A model generated the notes under the pieces. The model worked only from the letters and a program-made list of their open reading frames with translations, had not been told where the DNA came from and made no database searches. The position numbers were made by a program, and so were the translations under genes. This document shows, in pieces, positions 43,927-53,432 of a stretch of 64,000 bases of DNA (its first letter is position 1; the number at the start of each line of letters is the position of its first letter). This stretch comes from Patescibacteria group bacterium. GTDB lineage: Bacteria > Patescibacteriota > Minisyncoccia > Minisyncoccales > RBG-13-36-15. The stretch lies in NCBI GenBank assembly GCA_022574775.1, contig JACZRI010000001.1, positions 95,631-159,630 on the forward strand, read 5' to 3'.

Positions 43927-46104
43927 TTACTCAAGGTGTATTTTTCTTCTATACCTTTCTAATCTCGCCCGTAAAATCGGGTATTTTTTTAATCCTGGAT
44001 CCTCTTCTAATATTTTTTGGGCTGCCAGCCGTGTTTTTTCAACTAAAAATATATCTTTCAAAGATGACATAATTAAATCAGGAATTCCCCATTGGCGTGT
44101 TCCTGAAAAATTTCCTGGGCCTCTAATCTCTAAATCCTTTTCAGCCAGTTTAAAACCGTCTTCAGAGTCCAATAAAGCCTTTAATCTTTGTTGAGTTTTT
44201 TTGGCTGTGGAGTCGGTCAACAAAAAACAGAAAGATTGAAATTTTGATCTTCCCACTCTTCCACGAAATTGATGGAGCTGGGCTAATCCAAATCTTTCTG
44301 CTCCCTCAATCATCATAATGGTGGCATTTGGGATATCAATTCCTACTTCAATAACCGAGGTGGAAACCAAGATATCTATTTTTTTATTTTTCATGTCTTT
44401 CATTATCTTTTCTTTTTCTTTTGGAGTCATTTTTCCATACAACATTCTGACTTTGAGATCTGGAAAGATATTTTTTGAGAGTTTTTCATATTCTGCTTTT
44501 ACCGTTTTAACTTCTGCCCAACTTAACTCTCCATAACTTTTCGTGTAATCTGTTTGGTTAAATCCATTATCCTGAACAGTGTTGGTGGGTTCAATGCGGG
44601 GGCAAATAACAAAAACCTGCCTTCCTTTTTTCACCTCTTTTTTAATAAAGCGATAAACTTTTTCTCTTTCTGGAGGCAAAGTCACTTTTGTAATTATTTT
44701 TTTCCTTCCTTTTGGAAGCTCTGTGATTAGAGACAGATCTAAGTCTCCGTAAAGCGTTAAAGCCAATGTTCTGGGAATGGGAGTAGCTGTCATTGATAAA
44801 AGATGTGGTATTAATTTTGTCTGTCCTTTTTTGTCCTGGCAAAGCTTAGCTCTTTGCTCTACGCCAAAACGATGCTGTTCGTCCAAAATAACCAGAGCCA
44901 ATTTCCCGAATTTTACTTTATCCTGAATTAAAGCGTGAGTTCCAATTAAAAGGTTTATTTCGCCTTTCGCCGTTTTTTCTAAGAGTTTTTTTCGAGATAC
45001 TTCCACAACATCATTCTTTAATTTTTTGGAAATGAATTTATCCTCTTTTCCTGTCAAAAGCCCGATGTTCAAGTTAAAATCTTTTAAGAGATGAGCTATC
45101 TCTCGGAAATGCTGTTTAGCTAAAATTTCAGTCGGGACCATAAATGCCGTTTGGAATCCTCCTTTCATTGTATTTAAGGCAGCCATAGTAGCTACCACTG
45201 TTTTACCAGACCCTACATCTCCTTCTAAAAGCCTATTCATCGGCCTTGGTTTTTCTAAGTCTTTCAAAATCTGCCAAGCTGATTTTTTTTGCGCATCTGT
45301 CAACTTAAAAGGCAAAGAAGCTACAAAGTTTTGGATTAACGAAAGATTCAGGGCAATTTGATACGCTTTTTTCTGGGTTAATTTTATTCTTTCCCTTAAC
45401 ATTAAAAGCCCAATAAAAAAAAGCTCTTCAAAAGAAAAACGTTCTTTCGCTTTTTTAGCTTTCTGCATTGAGTCGGGGAAATGAATTTGCCAGAGCGCAG
45501 TTCTTAAGGGAAGGAGGCGATGTGTTTTCCTGATTTTTTCTGGCAGAGTTTCCGGCATGTTGATTTCCAGCTTTGCCAAGAGAGGTTTAATGATAAACCT
45601 TAGCCATCTTGAAGATAAGCCTTCGGTTTCAGGGTAAACAGGTATGATTCTTCCCGTATGTGTCAGGTTTGTAGCAGATATCTTGTAGTCTGTAGCTTGG
45701 AACAACTTTTCGTAGATTGGGTTTGACATATAAAGCCCTTTATCGCCTATGACGGGTTTTCCAGCAAGGCAAACTAAATCTTGAGGCTTTAATGTTTGTG
45801 TCAAATAAGGTTTATTGAACCAGATTATTTTTATTGCCCCAGTCTTGTCTGAAACAATAGCCTGTGTGAGAGCCATTCTTTTTTTCCATGCTCTGCTGTT
45901 TTGAATATCTAAGATTTTTCCTTGGATACAGCAAGGTGTATTTTGTTTTACTTCAGAGATTTTAATTATATTTGAAAAATCCTCATAACGATGAGGAAAG
46001 TGGAAAAGGAAGTCTAAAACTGTTTTAATCCCTAATTTTTTTAACCTTTTTTGATAAATGGGGCCAATATTAGGGATTTTTTCAATAGGAGTGGAAAGGA
46101 GCAT
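43927..46104 (-). CDS. recG: ATP-dependent DNA helicase RecG
   Basis: Wedge/OB N-terminus, Walker A GDVGSGKTVVA, DEQHRFG, helicase C motifs QLHQFRGRVGR. Confidence 0.9.
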   Translation of the reverse strand: MLLSTPIEKIPNIGPIYQKRLKKLGIKTVLDFLFHFPHRYEDFSNIIKISEVKQNTPCCIQGKILDIQNSRAWKKRMALTQAIVSDKTGAIKIIWFNKPYLTQTLKPQDLVCLAGKPVIGDKGLYMSNPIYEKLFQATDYKISATNLTHTGRIIPVYPETEGLSSRWLRFIIKPLLAKLEINMPETLPEKIRKTHRLLPLRTALWQIHFPDSMQKAKKAKERFSFEELFFIGLLMLRERIKLTQKKAYQIALNLSLIQNFVASLPFKLTDAQKKSAWQILKDLEKPRPMNRLLEGDVGSGKTVVATMAALNTMKGGFQTAFMVPTEILAKQHFREIAHLLKDFNLNIGLLTGKEDKFISKKLKNDVVEVSRKKLLEKTAKGEINLLIGTHALIQDKVKFGKLALVILDEQHRFGVEQRAKLCQDKKGQTKLIPHLLSMTATPIPRTLALTLYGDLDLSLITELPKGRKKIITKVTLPPEREKVYRFIKKEVKKGRQVFVICPRIEPTNTVQDNGFNQTDYTKSYGELSWAEVKTVKAEYEKLSKNIFPDLKVRMLYGKMTPKEKEKIMKDMKNKKIDILVSTSVIEVGIDIPNATIMMIEGAERFGLAQLHQFRGRVGRSKFQSFCFLLTDSTAKKTQQRLKALLDSEDGFKLAEKDLEIRGPGNFSGTRQWGIPDLIMSSLKDIFLVEKTRLAAQKILEEDPGLKKYPILRARLERYRRKIHLE

Positions 46105-46108
46105 ATGG

Positions 46109-46180
46109 CGCCCTCGAGAGGAATCGAACCCCTATTTAAAGCTCCGCAAGCTCTTGTTCTATCCTTTGAACTACGAGGGC
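46109..46180 (-). tRNA. tRNA-Arg(GCG) (CCA appears encoded, 46106-46108)
   Basis: Acceptor GCCCTCG/CGAGGGC, anticodon stem AGAGC/GCTTT, loop TTGCGGA, T-loop TTCGATT. The 3' end lies 1 nt from the recG ATG. Confidence 0.85.
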
Positions 46181-46223
46181 GAATACTTTTTAAATTTATC
46201 ATGAAATTAACCTAAATTCAACC

Positions 46224-46275
46224 CATTCGGTAGTTCAGGGTTGCACTTCGTCCTGAGCTCAGTGTCGAAGGAATG
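46224..46275. repeat. Family F palindromic element
   Basis: cattcggtagttcaggg-ttgcacttcgt-cctgagctcagtgtcgaaggaatg. Confidence 0.5.
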
Positions 46276-46335
46276 CTGAATTTGTTGAAGCATTAAGTTG
46301 ACTTGAATTATTTTTAAGAGTAAAATATATCTACT

Positions 46336-46423
46336 GGAGGAGTCGCATAAAGGTTAGTGCAATGGATTGCTAATCCATCGCGGTGTAAAAAGCCGCTTGT
46401 GGGTTCGAGTCCCACCTCCTCCG
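46336..46423 (+). tRNA. tRNA-Ser(GCT)
   Basis: Acceptor GGAGGAG/CTCCTCC, anticodon stem ATGGA/TCCAT, loop TTGCTAA, long variable arm, T-loop TTCGAGT. Confidence 0.9.
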
Positions 46424-46425
46424 CC

Positions 46426-46443
46426 CTTCGATAAGCTCAGGGC
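46426..46443. repeat. Family F unit
   Basis: cttcgataagctcagggc, directly after tRNA-Ser(GCT). Confidence 0.45.
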
Positions 46444-46586
46444 TTTTGGCTTTGAGTTTGTCGAATAGATGGAATGGGACGAGAACGCATTCCCCCGTGT
46501 AGGAAAATAGGAGCTAAGTGACAAGCAGGGTAATTTTGACAATGCCAGCGCTCTTCTTGATACCATCTTAATTTATTGTAGAATCT

Positions 46587-46865
46587 ATGATTAAAATACA
46601 AGAATTGTCAACACCTGGTTGCAGCCATTGCGCTGCGGCAAAGAAAATTTTAGAAGAAGAAATCAAACCACAATTTCCCGAGGTGGAAATTGAATACATT
46701 GATATGATGACCGAACAAGGTCAGAAAATGGTACAGGACTACGGCATTATGTCTTCACCCGGCATTGTCGTTAATGGAGAGCTTTTTGCAGTCGGAGGGC
46801 TCGATAAAAATAAGTTAATAGAGAAGTTAAAAGAATTATCTTCCAAAAATGGTCAGGGAAATTAA
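46587..46865 (+). CDS. Thioredoxin-fold CxxC protein (glutaredoxin-like)
   Basis: PGCSHCAAAKK active-site context, SSPGIVVNGELF. 92 aa. Confidence 0.75.
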   Translation: MIKIQELSTPGCSHCAAAKKILEEEIKPQFPEVEIEYIDMMTEQGQKMVQDYGIMSSPGIVVNGELFAVGGLDKNKLIEKLKELSSKNGQGN

Positions 46866-47034
46866 ACAAGAACAAAAGGAATTATATCAATGCGAAGAGT
46901 GTGAATTTAAGTATGCAGAGAAAGAATGGGCAGAGAAATGCGAGGCTTGGTGTAAAGAACACAAGAGCTGCAATCTTGAAATTACAGAACACGCTATCAA
47001 AGAATCTACTTTACCAGAAAAGCAGGAAGGATAA
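46849..47034 (+). CDS. Small Cys-rich protein (possible zinc-binding)
   Basis: YQCEECEFKY..KCEAWCKEHKSC. Overlaps the previous gene by 17 nt. Confidence 0.4.
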   Translation: MVREIKQEQKELYQCEECEFKYAEKEWAEKCEAWCKEHKSCNLEITEHAIKESTLPEKQEG

Positions 47035-47225
47035 AGAATGTTGAGCAGGAGAGTAGAGTAAATTAAGGTAAAATAAATATAAACCTGTAGCAAACGATTT
47101 TTATTTATGAAAGGGTTATTCAGAAAAATAGCTTTCCAACACGCAATTCCTCAGTATCTTATTTTTGATGGGCTTGGTGGTGTATAGGCACTATATTTTT
47201 TTGGCAACATCAGGTAATTTTAGCA

Positions 47226-47453
47226 TTGATTTCTCTTGTAGTTCTTGGGTCTATTGCGCAATCACTTGTGCTGAAGAAAGACGAAGAAGCATACGCAGAG
47301 ACTTTTCTGGGAAGATTTGCTTTAAGCCATCTTACTCTTTGGAGTGGCTTTTTCAATATTCTTGGATACGCCGTTCTTATTTATGGCTTTTGGGTACATT
47401 CAGGATTTTATATACTTTTTACGGGTTCACTCGTTCTTTTAGGACATCTTTGA
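47226..47453 (+). CDS. Small hydrophobic protein, possibly the 3' part of a frameshifted gene starting at ATG 47107
   Basis: Two TM-like segments. An upstream 26-codon ORF (MKGLFRKIAFQHAIPQYLIFDGLGGV*) in another frame abuts it. A competing ORF 47165..47458 lies in the third frame. Confidence 0.3.
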   Translation: MISLVVLGSIAQSLVLKKDEEAYAETFLGRFALSHLTLWSGFFNILGYAVLIYGFWVHSGFYILFTGSLVLLGHL

Positions 47454-47729
47454 GATAAAGCTCAAGAACTCACTAATCAATAAGCTAAACTTGACTCTGC
47501 AAAATATAGTCAGTGGCGGAGAGGGTAATTAATTTAATTTATTTTTGCGTAGTTTTGGGATAAGCTTGGTATGAAGAACCGAGTAGTGGAGGTTTCAAAA
47601 AAGATTCTAACATCGTTAACTATTCTTTACAGCGAACGAAGCTACGGATGGCGAGGTCGCCTCCGTTAGATTTTGAGAATTGGTTGACTGCGCTATTGGT
47701 TAAAAAACTAGCTTGTCCCGTAAGAAAGC

Positions 47730-47816
47730 GGTGGGGTGCCTGAGTGGTTTAAAGGTATGGTCTTGAAAACCATTGTGGTCGGAAGGCCACCGTGAGTTCG
47801 AATCTCACCCCCACCG
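47730..47816 (+). tRNA. tRNA-Ser(TGA)
   Basis: Acceptor GGTGGGG/CCCCACC, anticodon stem ATGGT/ACCAT, loop CTTGAAA, long variable arm. Flanked by a 13-bp leader/trailer complement. Confidence 0.9.
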
Positions 47817-47915
47817 CTTTCTTACGGGGTCGCGAAAAACTGAAGCTCCCCAACAAAAAATCCGGATTCCGCCCGGCTTTTTTATTACACTAAGCGCTAA
47901 TCGCCAATCGCTAAA

Positions 47916-48617
47916 TTATCCTCTTGCAACAACCAAGCCCCAAACCTCTTTAGCCCCGGCAATTTTTAACACTCTTGCGCATTCTTCCATGGTTGCGCCT
48001 GTAGTATACACATCATCTACTAAAAGAATTTTTTTTCCTTTAATGTCTTCGCTGCTTTTTACTAAAAACACCCCTTTTTGGGATTCCAGCCTTTCTTTTT
48101 TTTGAAGTTCTATCTGCGGCGGAGTGTCTTTTGTTTTCAGCAAACAGTCTGCAATCAAAGGAATTTCCAAGAATTGATTGAGTTCTTTGCAAAGTTCTTC
48201 GGATTGATTAAACCCTCGCTCCCTCTTTTTCTTATTAGTTAAAGGGACAGAAGCTAATATAAAGTCTTTGCCAAATTTGAGCGGCTTTTCCAATAAATTA
48301 AAATGAGTTATAATAATAGAAATTAAGGTTTTTGCCAGTTCTTTGATCTGTGGATTGTATTTGAATCGATGAATGAGTTTTTTAGCGAAAAGATTCTGAT
48401 AAGGAAGAGCAAAATGGAGACCGTTTAGTTTTTTGCGTTGACATCTTTTACATTTCTTGACATCAGGCAGTCTTTGAGGTTTTTGGCAGAGACAAAATGT
48501 GTATTCCAGGATTTCTAAAAAAGCTAAGCAGTCTTCACACAAATAATCACCCTCTTTTTTACAGTAAAAACAAAATTTAGGAAAAAACAAATCTATAAAA
48601 AATTCCTTGATAGACAT
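47916..48617 (-). CDS. comFC: ComF-family protein (ComFC-like: double zinc ribbon + phosphoribosyltransferase domain)
   Basis: N-terminal CxxC pairs (CFYCKK..CEDC, CKRCQRK). PRTase loop ILLVDDVYTTGATM. Confidence 0.8.
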   Translation of the reverse strand: MSIKEFFIDLFFPKFCFYCKKEGDYLCEDCLAFLEILEYTFCLCQKPQRLPDVKKCKRCQRKKLNGLHFALPYQNLFAKKLIHRFKYNPQIKELAKTLISIIITHFNLLEKPLKFGKDFILASVPLTNKKKRERGFNQSEELCKELNQFLEIPLIADCLLKTKDTPPQIELQKKERLESQKGVFLVKSSEDIKGKKILLVDDVYTTGATMEECARVLKIAGAKEVWGLVVARG

Positions 48618-48640
48618 TTTTGCATTTTTAATAGTATAAT
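48611..48640 (+). promoter_or_regulatory. Promoter candidate for T4P locus 2 (pilM)
   Basis: TAGACA, 18 nt, TATAAT, 24 nt upstream of ATG 48665. Overlaps the divergent comFC start. Confidence 0.3.
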
Positions 48641-48664
48641 AAAAGTGTGAAAAAGTAAAAATTT

Positions 48665-49798
48665 ATGGTTAAATTTAAAATTCCCTTCCAAAGATTTTCA
48701 AAATTTTTTTTAAAACCAATTCCTCATTTAACTTCCACAAACTGTATAGGTATTGACGTTGGAACATCAAGCATTAAGATTGTTGAACTTTCTAAAATTG
48801 GGGCGAGGGTGAAGTTAGAGAATTATGGCGAAACATCAATTCTTACTCTTTATAAAAACCCTTTCCGGACTTTTGAAAAAAACACACTTTTGCTTTCGTC
48901 ATCAGATATTGGGAAGATTATTTCAGCTATTTTAGAGGAAGCGGCAATTCGGACGAAAACAGCCATTTTTACTATTCCAGATTTTTCTACTTTTTTTACT
49001 AATATTGAGTTGCCCCAAATGTCCAAAAAAGAGCTTCCAAATGCGGTCAACTTTGCAGCTCCTCAATACATTCCTCTTCCTCTTTCAGAAGTTGTTCTGG
49101 ACTGGCAGTTAATTGAAGGGAAAGCTGGCGGCAGATCAAAAACAAAGCTTAAAATTCTTCTTGTTGCCGTTCCGCATGAAGTTATTAACCAGTATCGGAA
49201 AATTGCTGAAATTACTAAACTGGAAACTAAATTCCTTGAGGCGGAAGCTTTTGCCCTATTGAGGTCTCTGACTAAAACTGATAAAATTACAATAGGCCTT
49301 GTGGAGATTGGCGCACAGAGCGCTACATGCAGTATTGTGGATAGTGGCGTATTGAAGAGCAGTCATAGTCTAAATATTGCCGGTAATGAGATGACTCAGT
49401 CTTTGGCTAAGACATTCAGTTTAAGTTATAAGGATGCTGAGAAATTGAAAAAGAAGCGTGGGATATCCCCTCTTTTAAAAGAAGTTCAGGAACAAGAAGA
49501 GGATAAGGCAGCCAAAGTTATTCTTTTTTCTGTGGATTCAATCTTAGTTGAGGTACAGAGAATTTTTAACAACTTTTCTAGAAGTGGAAAAAAAGAAGTT
49601 CAAAAAGTTATTTTAGCAGGAGGGTCGGCACAGCTTCCAGGGATTCGGGAATATTTTTCCTCAGTCTTAAAAAAAGAGGTAGAAATAATTAATCCGTTCG
49701 TCAACATTTTCTATCCTCCAATTTTAGAAGAAACTTTAAAAGAAATAAGTCCTGGGTACGCCATCGCTTTGGGAGCCGCCCTTAGGGGACTTGAATAG
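48665..49798 (+). CDS. pilM: Type IV pilus assembly protein PilM, locus 2
   Basis: IGIDVGTSSIKIVELSK, NFAAPQYIPLP, LAGGSAQLPGI. 377 aa. Confidence 0.8.
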   Translation: MVKFKIPFQRFSKFFLKPIPHLTSTNCIGIDVGTSSIKIVELSKIGARVKLENYGETSILTLYKNPFRTFEKNTLLLSSSDIGKIISAILEEAAIRTKTAIFTIPDFSTFFTNIELPQMSKKELPNAVNFAAPQYIPLPLSEVVLDWQLIEGKAGGRSKTKLKILLVAVPHEVINQYRKIAEITKLETKFLEAEAFALLRSLTKTDKITIGLVEIGAQSATCSIVDSGVLKSSHSLNIAGNEMTQSLAKTFSLSYKDAEKLKKKRGISPLLKEVQEQEEDKAAKVILFSVDSILVEVQRIFNNFSRSGKKEVQKVILAGGSAQLPGIREYFSSVLKKEVEIINPFVNIFYPPILEETLKEISPGYAIALGAALRGLE

Positions 49799-49805
49799 CA
49801 ACCAT

Positions 49806-49861
49806 TAAAACATCCAAACATTATGAATTTGAGTTTTGTTTAAATGTTTATATGATTTATG
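49806..49861 (+). repeat. Family A periodic hairpin ending at the start codon
   Basis: aaaacatccaaacattatg ... ttttgtttaaatgtttatatgatttATG. Confidence 0.7.
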
Positions 49862-50386
49862 GCAATTGATATTATTCCAAAACCACCGGAGGAAGAACCT
49901 ATCTGGTTAAATATCCTATTTTATATTTCAATCGGATTCTTAATTTCAGTAATTTTGATTTATTTCCTGTTGGGTCATCTTCAGAGAAACTCCGAAGAGA
50001 TTTTGGAGGGGATAGAAATTTCCCTTCAAGTTGCCCAAACTTCTGAAGAGCGAGAGTTAGAGAATAGTGTTTTGCAGTACAAGAGAAAAATTGATGATTT
50101 TGCTATTATCTTTAGTCAGCATAAAACGAATTCTGGTGTCTTTCCATTTTTCGAGGAAATCACACATCCTGAAATTCAATTTTCTTCTTTTCAGTTAGCC
50201 AAGCCTTCAGTTACGCTTTCTGGGACAGCTGAGAATTTTGTAGCCTTAGCGCAACAACTTTCTATTTTTCAAAAAAATCCTAAAGTTTCCACTGTTAATT
50301 TATCTCAGATTTCATCTGGAGAGGACGGGAATGTCGGTTTTATATTTACCCTTACCCTTCTCCCTGAAATCTTCGAGTTTAAATAG
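49859..50386 (+). CDS. PilN-like bitopic protein, locus 2
   Basis: Single TM helix after a short N-terminus. Placed between pilM and the PilO-like gene. Confidence 0.5.
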   Translation: MAIDIIPKPPEEEPIWLNILFYISIGFLISVILIYFLLGHLQRNSEEILEGIEISLQVAQTSEERELENSVLQYKRKIDDFAIIFSQHKTNSGVFPFFEEITHPEIQFSSFQLAKPSVTLSGTAENFVALAQQLSIFQKNPKVSTVNLSQISSGEDGNVGFIFTLTLLPEIFEFK

Positions 50387-50911
50387 ATGCCCAGAATTTT
50401 AATTATTACAATTAGTCTTGGTCTAGCCGTGATTCTTGGAATACTTTTTCTCTGGCCAAAATATCAAAACTTCACAAATCTTCAGGTCCAACTTAAAAAT
50501 AAAGAAACCGAGCTTAGAAATCGAAACGAATATTATCAGGATTTATTTTCTCTTTCAGAAAAATTGAAAGAATTTGAAAGTGAACTTTTGAATATTGATT
50601 CTGCCCTACCATCTGGTGTTTCCGCTGCTGCGCTCTCGTTTCATAATTACCTTCCCAAAGTAGCTTCAGAAAACGGATTGATTTTAAAAAGCATGAGTTC
50701 TTTTTCTATTTCCACCCTGTCCGGGAAAGGAAACATTCAGGTAATCTTAATACCTATTGAAGTTTCTGGTTCCTATCCCTCGCTGAAAAATTTTCTCACT
50801 GCATTGGAAAAATCAACCAGAATAATTGAAGTTACCAGTATTTCTTTTCTTTCTCCGCAAGAAGATGAATTTTTTGAATTTCAATTAAGCATTCAAACCC
50901 ATTCATATTAA
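50387..50911 (+). CDS. PilO-like bitopic protein, locus 2
   Basis: N-terminal TM helix, coiled-coil-like segment. Same size class as 14213..14719. Confidence 0.5.
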   Translation: MPRILIITISLGLAVILGILFLWPKYQNFTNLQVQLKNKETELRNRNEYYQDLFSLSEKLKEFESELLNIDSALPSGVSAAALSFHNYLPKVASENGLILKSMSSFSISTLSGKGNIQVILIPIEVSGSYPSLKNFLTALEKSTRIIEVTSISFLSPQEDEFFEFQLSIQTHSY

Positions 50912-50916
50912 GCGTT

Positions 50917-51183
50917 ATGGCAATTTTACCAATAAAAAAGAAAGACAGAAAAATCTTCAACTGGATTTTATTAATTATAGCTTTAATTCTAGTGGCTTGG
51001 TTTGGCAGAGATTTTTTCGTTAAACCTTCTTTTCTTTCTCCTTCCAGTCTGCCACAGGAAAAAAAAACGGAAATTAATTTTGAAGTATTGAAAAATCCTC
51101 TATTGCAAGACCTTCAGCCTTTTGAGGAGATCCCTTCTTTTGAAGGAGAGACTGGCAGGGAAAATCCTTTCCTACCGTATTGA
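50917..51183 (+). CDS. Small N-terminally anchored protein following pilO (unknown)
   Basis: One TM helix, ends ..GRENPFLPY. Positional counterpart of 14736..15074. Confidence 0.45.
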   Translation: MAILPIKKKDRKIFNWILLIIALILVAWFGRDFFVKPSFLSPSSLPQEKKTEINFEVLKNPLLQDLQPFEEIPSFEGETGRENPFLPY

Positions 51184-51256
51184 CATTTAAATATTTAAAC
51201 ATTTTAACAGAATTGAACCAAATGTTTAGAAGTTTAAATGTTCAAATGTTTATATG
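51184..51256 (+). repeat. Family A periodic hairpin ending at the pilB2 start codon
   Basis: catttaaatatttaaacattttaac ... aaatgtttagaagtttaaatgttcaaatgtttatATG. Confidence 0.75.
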
Positions 51257-52981
51257 AGCTTGGTTCAACAGTTGCTTAAAAAAGGAGTTATTGATAAAGA
51301 AAAAGCTACCTCTCTGGAGTTTGAAGTTAAGAGTTCTGGTAAAAAAGAGGAAGAGGTAATTTTGGATGAAAAAATAGTCAATGAGAAGTTTTTGTTTGAT
51401 CTAAAAAGCGAGAATCTGAAAATTCCTTTAAAAGAAATTGATGTAGAAGAAATTCCTCTCGCTGTTTTGGAGTTAATTCCCGAAGAGTCGGCAAGATATT
51501 ATATGATGATTCCTTTGGCGAGAACAGATAACTTTTTGGAGGTTGGAATGGTTTATCCTGAAGACTTAGCTTCTCAAGAGGCCTTGAAGTTTCTGGCTAG
51601 GCAAAGCAAATTTTCATATAAGGTTTTTCTTATTACTCTGACTACTCTTGAGAAGCTTTGGAGAAAATACCGGACTTTGAAAGGAGAGGTAACAAAAGCT
51701 CTGGAAGAATTGAAGACAGAACTGGAAGTAGAAAAGATTACAGGAGAACCAATGAAGTTGGCTGAACTCGAAAGGGTTGTTGAGGAAGCTCCTATTACAA
51801 AAATAGTGGCAGTAATGATAAAGCATGCAGTTGATGAAAAGGCTTCTGATATCCACATCGAACCTTTAAGGGAAAAGTCAAGAATTAGGTTTAGGGTAGA
51901 TGGAATTTTGCATTCCAGCCTTTTTTTACCACTTAGAATTCATCCTTCAGTGGTTGCGAGGGTGAAGATTCTTTCCGATATGCGCCTGGATGAAATGAGA
52001 GTTCCCCAAGATGGGAGGTTCTCAACGAAAATAGGGGGGAAAAATATTGATTTTCGAGTATCGACTTACCCAACTACTTTAGGTGAAAAAGTAGCTATTC
52101 GAATTTTAGACCCAAGCGAAGGGTTAAAGGATGTTGAGAAGTTAGGGCTTGTTGGCAGGAACTTAAAAGTGGTACAAGAAGCTCTTACAAAAACATACGG
52201 ATTAATTTTTATCACAGGTCCTACAGGTTGCGGAAAGACAACGACTCTTTATGCGATGTTGTCTAAACTGAACAAGGAAGCAGTGAATATTTTAACCATT
52301 GAAGATCCAGTAGAATATTTTTTGGAAGGAGTGAATCAATCGCAGATCAGACCAGATATTGGCTATGATTTTGCTTCAGGTATGCGTCATATGGTCAGGC
52401 AGGATCCTGATATTATTATGGTGGGAGAAGTTCGAGACCCAGACACGGCAGCTTTAGCCATTCATGCCACCTTAACCGGCCATGTGGTATTATCCACTTT
52501 GCATACCACTAATGCCATAGGAGTAATTCCCAGATTGATTGAAATGGGTGTTGCGCCTTATTTAATTCCTCCTACCATTAATATTGCTCTGGCACAAAGG
52601 TTAGTCAGGCTTTTATGTGTTGAATGCAAAAAGAAGGTCAGTCCAAGGAAAGAAATTAAAGATATGATTTTTAAAGAGATAGATTCTTTGCCCCCGGTTT
52701 CTAAAAAAAATATTTCAATCCCGAAACCCTTTGTCATTTATGAAGCTAAAGGTTGCAAGAAATGCAATAATCAGGGTTTTAGCGGAAGAATTGGTATTTT
52801 TGAAGTTTTGAATATGACTGATGAATTGGCAGATATTGTTATCAAGGAGCTTTCAGAGGCAAAGATTCGAGTTGAAGCTCATCGCCAAGGAATGATTAGC
52901 ATGAAACAAGACGGAATCTTTAAAGTTTTAAATGGGATAACTTCAATTGAGGAGATTTTGAGGGTGGCTGAAGAAAAATAA
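51254..52981 (+). CDS. pilB: Type IV pilus assembly ATPase PilB (GspE family), locus 2
   Basis: GspE-N region, Walker A GPTGCGKTT, MVGEVRD, LSTLHTT, C-terminal CVECKK..CKKCN zinc motif. 575 aa. Confidence 0.9.
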   Translation: MSLVQQLLKKGVIDKEKATSLEFEVKSSGKKEEEVILDEKIVNEKFLFDLKSENLKIPLKEIDVEEIPLAVLELIPEESARYYMMIPLARTDNFLEVGMVYPEDLASQEALKFLARQSKFSYKVFLITLTTLEKLWRKYRTLKGEVTKALEELKTELEVEKITGEPMKLAELERVVEEAPITKIVAVMIKHAVDEKASDIHIEPLREKSRIRFRVDGILHSSLFLPLRIHPSVVARVKILSDMRLDEMRVPQDGRFSTKIGGKNIDFRVSTYPTTLGEKVAIRILDPSEGLKDVEKLGLVGRNLKVVQEALTKTYGLIFITGPTGCGKTTTLYAMLSKLNKEAVNILTIEDPVEYFLEGVNQSQIRPDIGYDFASGMRHMVRQDPDIIMVGEVRDPDTAALAIHATLTGHVVLSTLHTTNAIGVIPRLIEMGVAPYLIPPTINIALAQRLVRLLCVECKKKVSPRKEIKDMIFKEIDSLPPVSKKNISIPKPFVIYEAKGCKKCNNQGFSGRIGIFEVLNMTDELADIVIKELSEAKIRVEAHRQGMISMKQDGIFKVLNGITSIEEILRVAEEK

Positions 52982-52989
52982 AAAATTAT

Positions 52990-53065
52990 TCAAACATTTT
53001 AACATTTAAACATTTTAACAATGCGTTAAGATATTTATATGCTTATATGCTTAGATGTTTAGATG
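52990..53065 (+). repeat. Family A periodic hairpin ending at the response-regulator start codon
   Basis: tcaaacattttaacatttaaacattttaac ... tttatatgcttatatgcttagatgtttagATG, clear 8-nt period. Confidence 0.8.
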
Positions 53066-53428
53066 AAGTCTATTTTACTAATAGAAGACGACCCTTTCTT
53101 AGTCGACCTTTACACTACCAGATTAGAGGTTGCTGGTTTTGAAATAGAAGTGGCCGTCACTGGCAAGAAAGGGTTGGAAAAATTGGAAGAAAAAATACCG
53201 GACATTCTGGTTTTAGATATAGTTTTGCCCACAATAGACGGCTGGGAAGTCCTTCAAGAGATTAGGAAAAATAAAAAATTTAGCGATTTAAAGATTATCA
53301 TTATTTCCAATCTTGATCAGAAAGGAGATATCAAGAGGGCGTTTGATTTCGGAGTTGTAAAATATTTGATTAAAGCCCGTTACACTCCAACCGAAGTAGT
53401 AGAAGAAATAAAGAAAGTATTAAAATAG
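53063..53428 (+). CDS. Receiver-only response regulator (CheY/PilH-like) inside T4P locus 2
   Basis: ILLIEDD, DILVLDIVLP, IIIISN, K in VKYLIK. 121 aa, no output domain. Confidence 0.85.
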   Translation: MKSILLIEDDPFLVDLYTTRLEVAGFEIEVAVTGKKGLEKLEEKIPDILVLDIVLPTIDGWEVLQEIRKNKKFSDLKIIIISNLDQKGDIKRAFDFGVVKYLIKARYTPTEVVEEIKKVLK

Positions 53429-53432
53429 AAAT

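Noticed and set aside
52990-53065. Tandem 7-8-nt unit arrays (families A, B and C) considered as CRISPR or other spacer-repeat arrays
   Set aside because: The units are far too short and directly abutting, with no unique spacers. The two halves are mutually complementary, so these are hairpin elements and not CRISPR.
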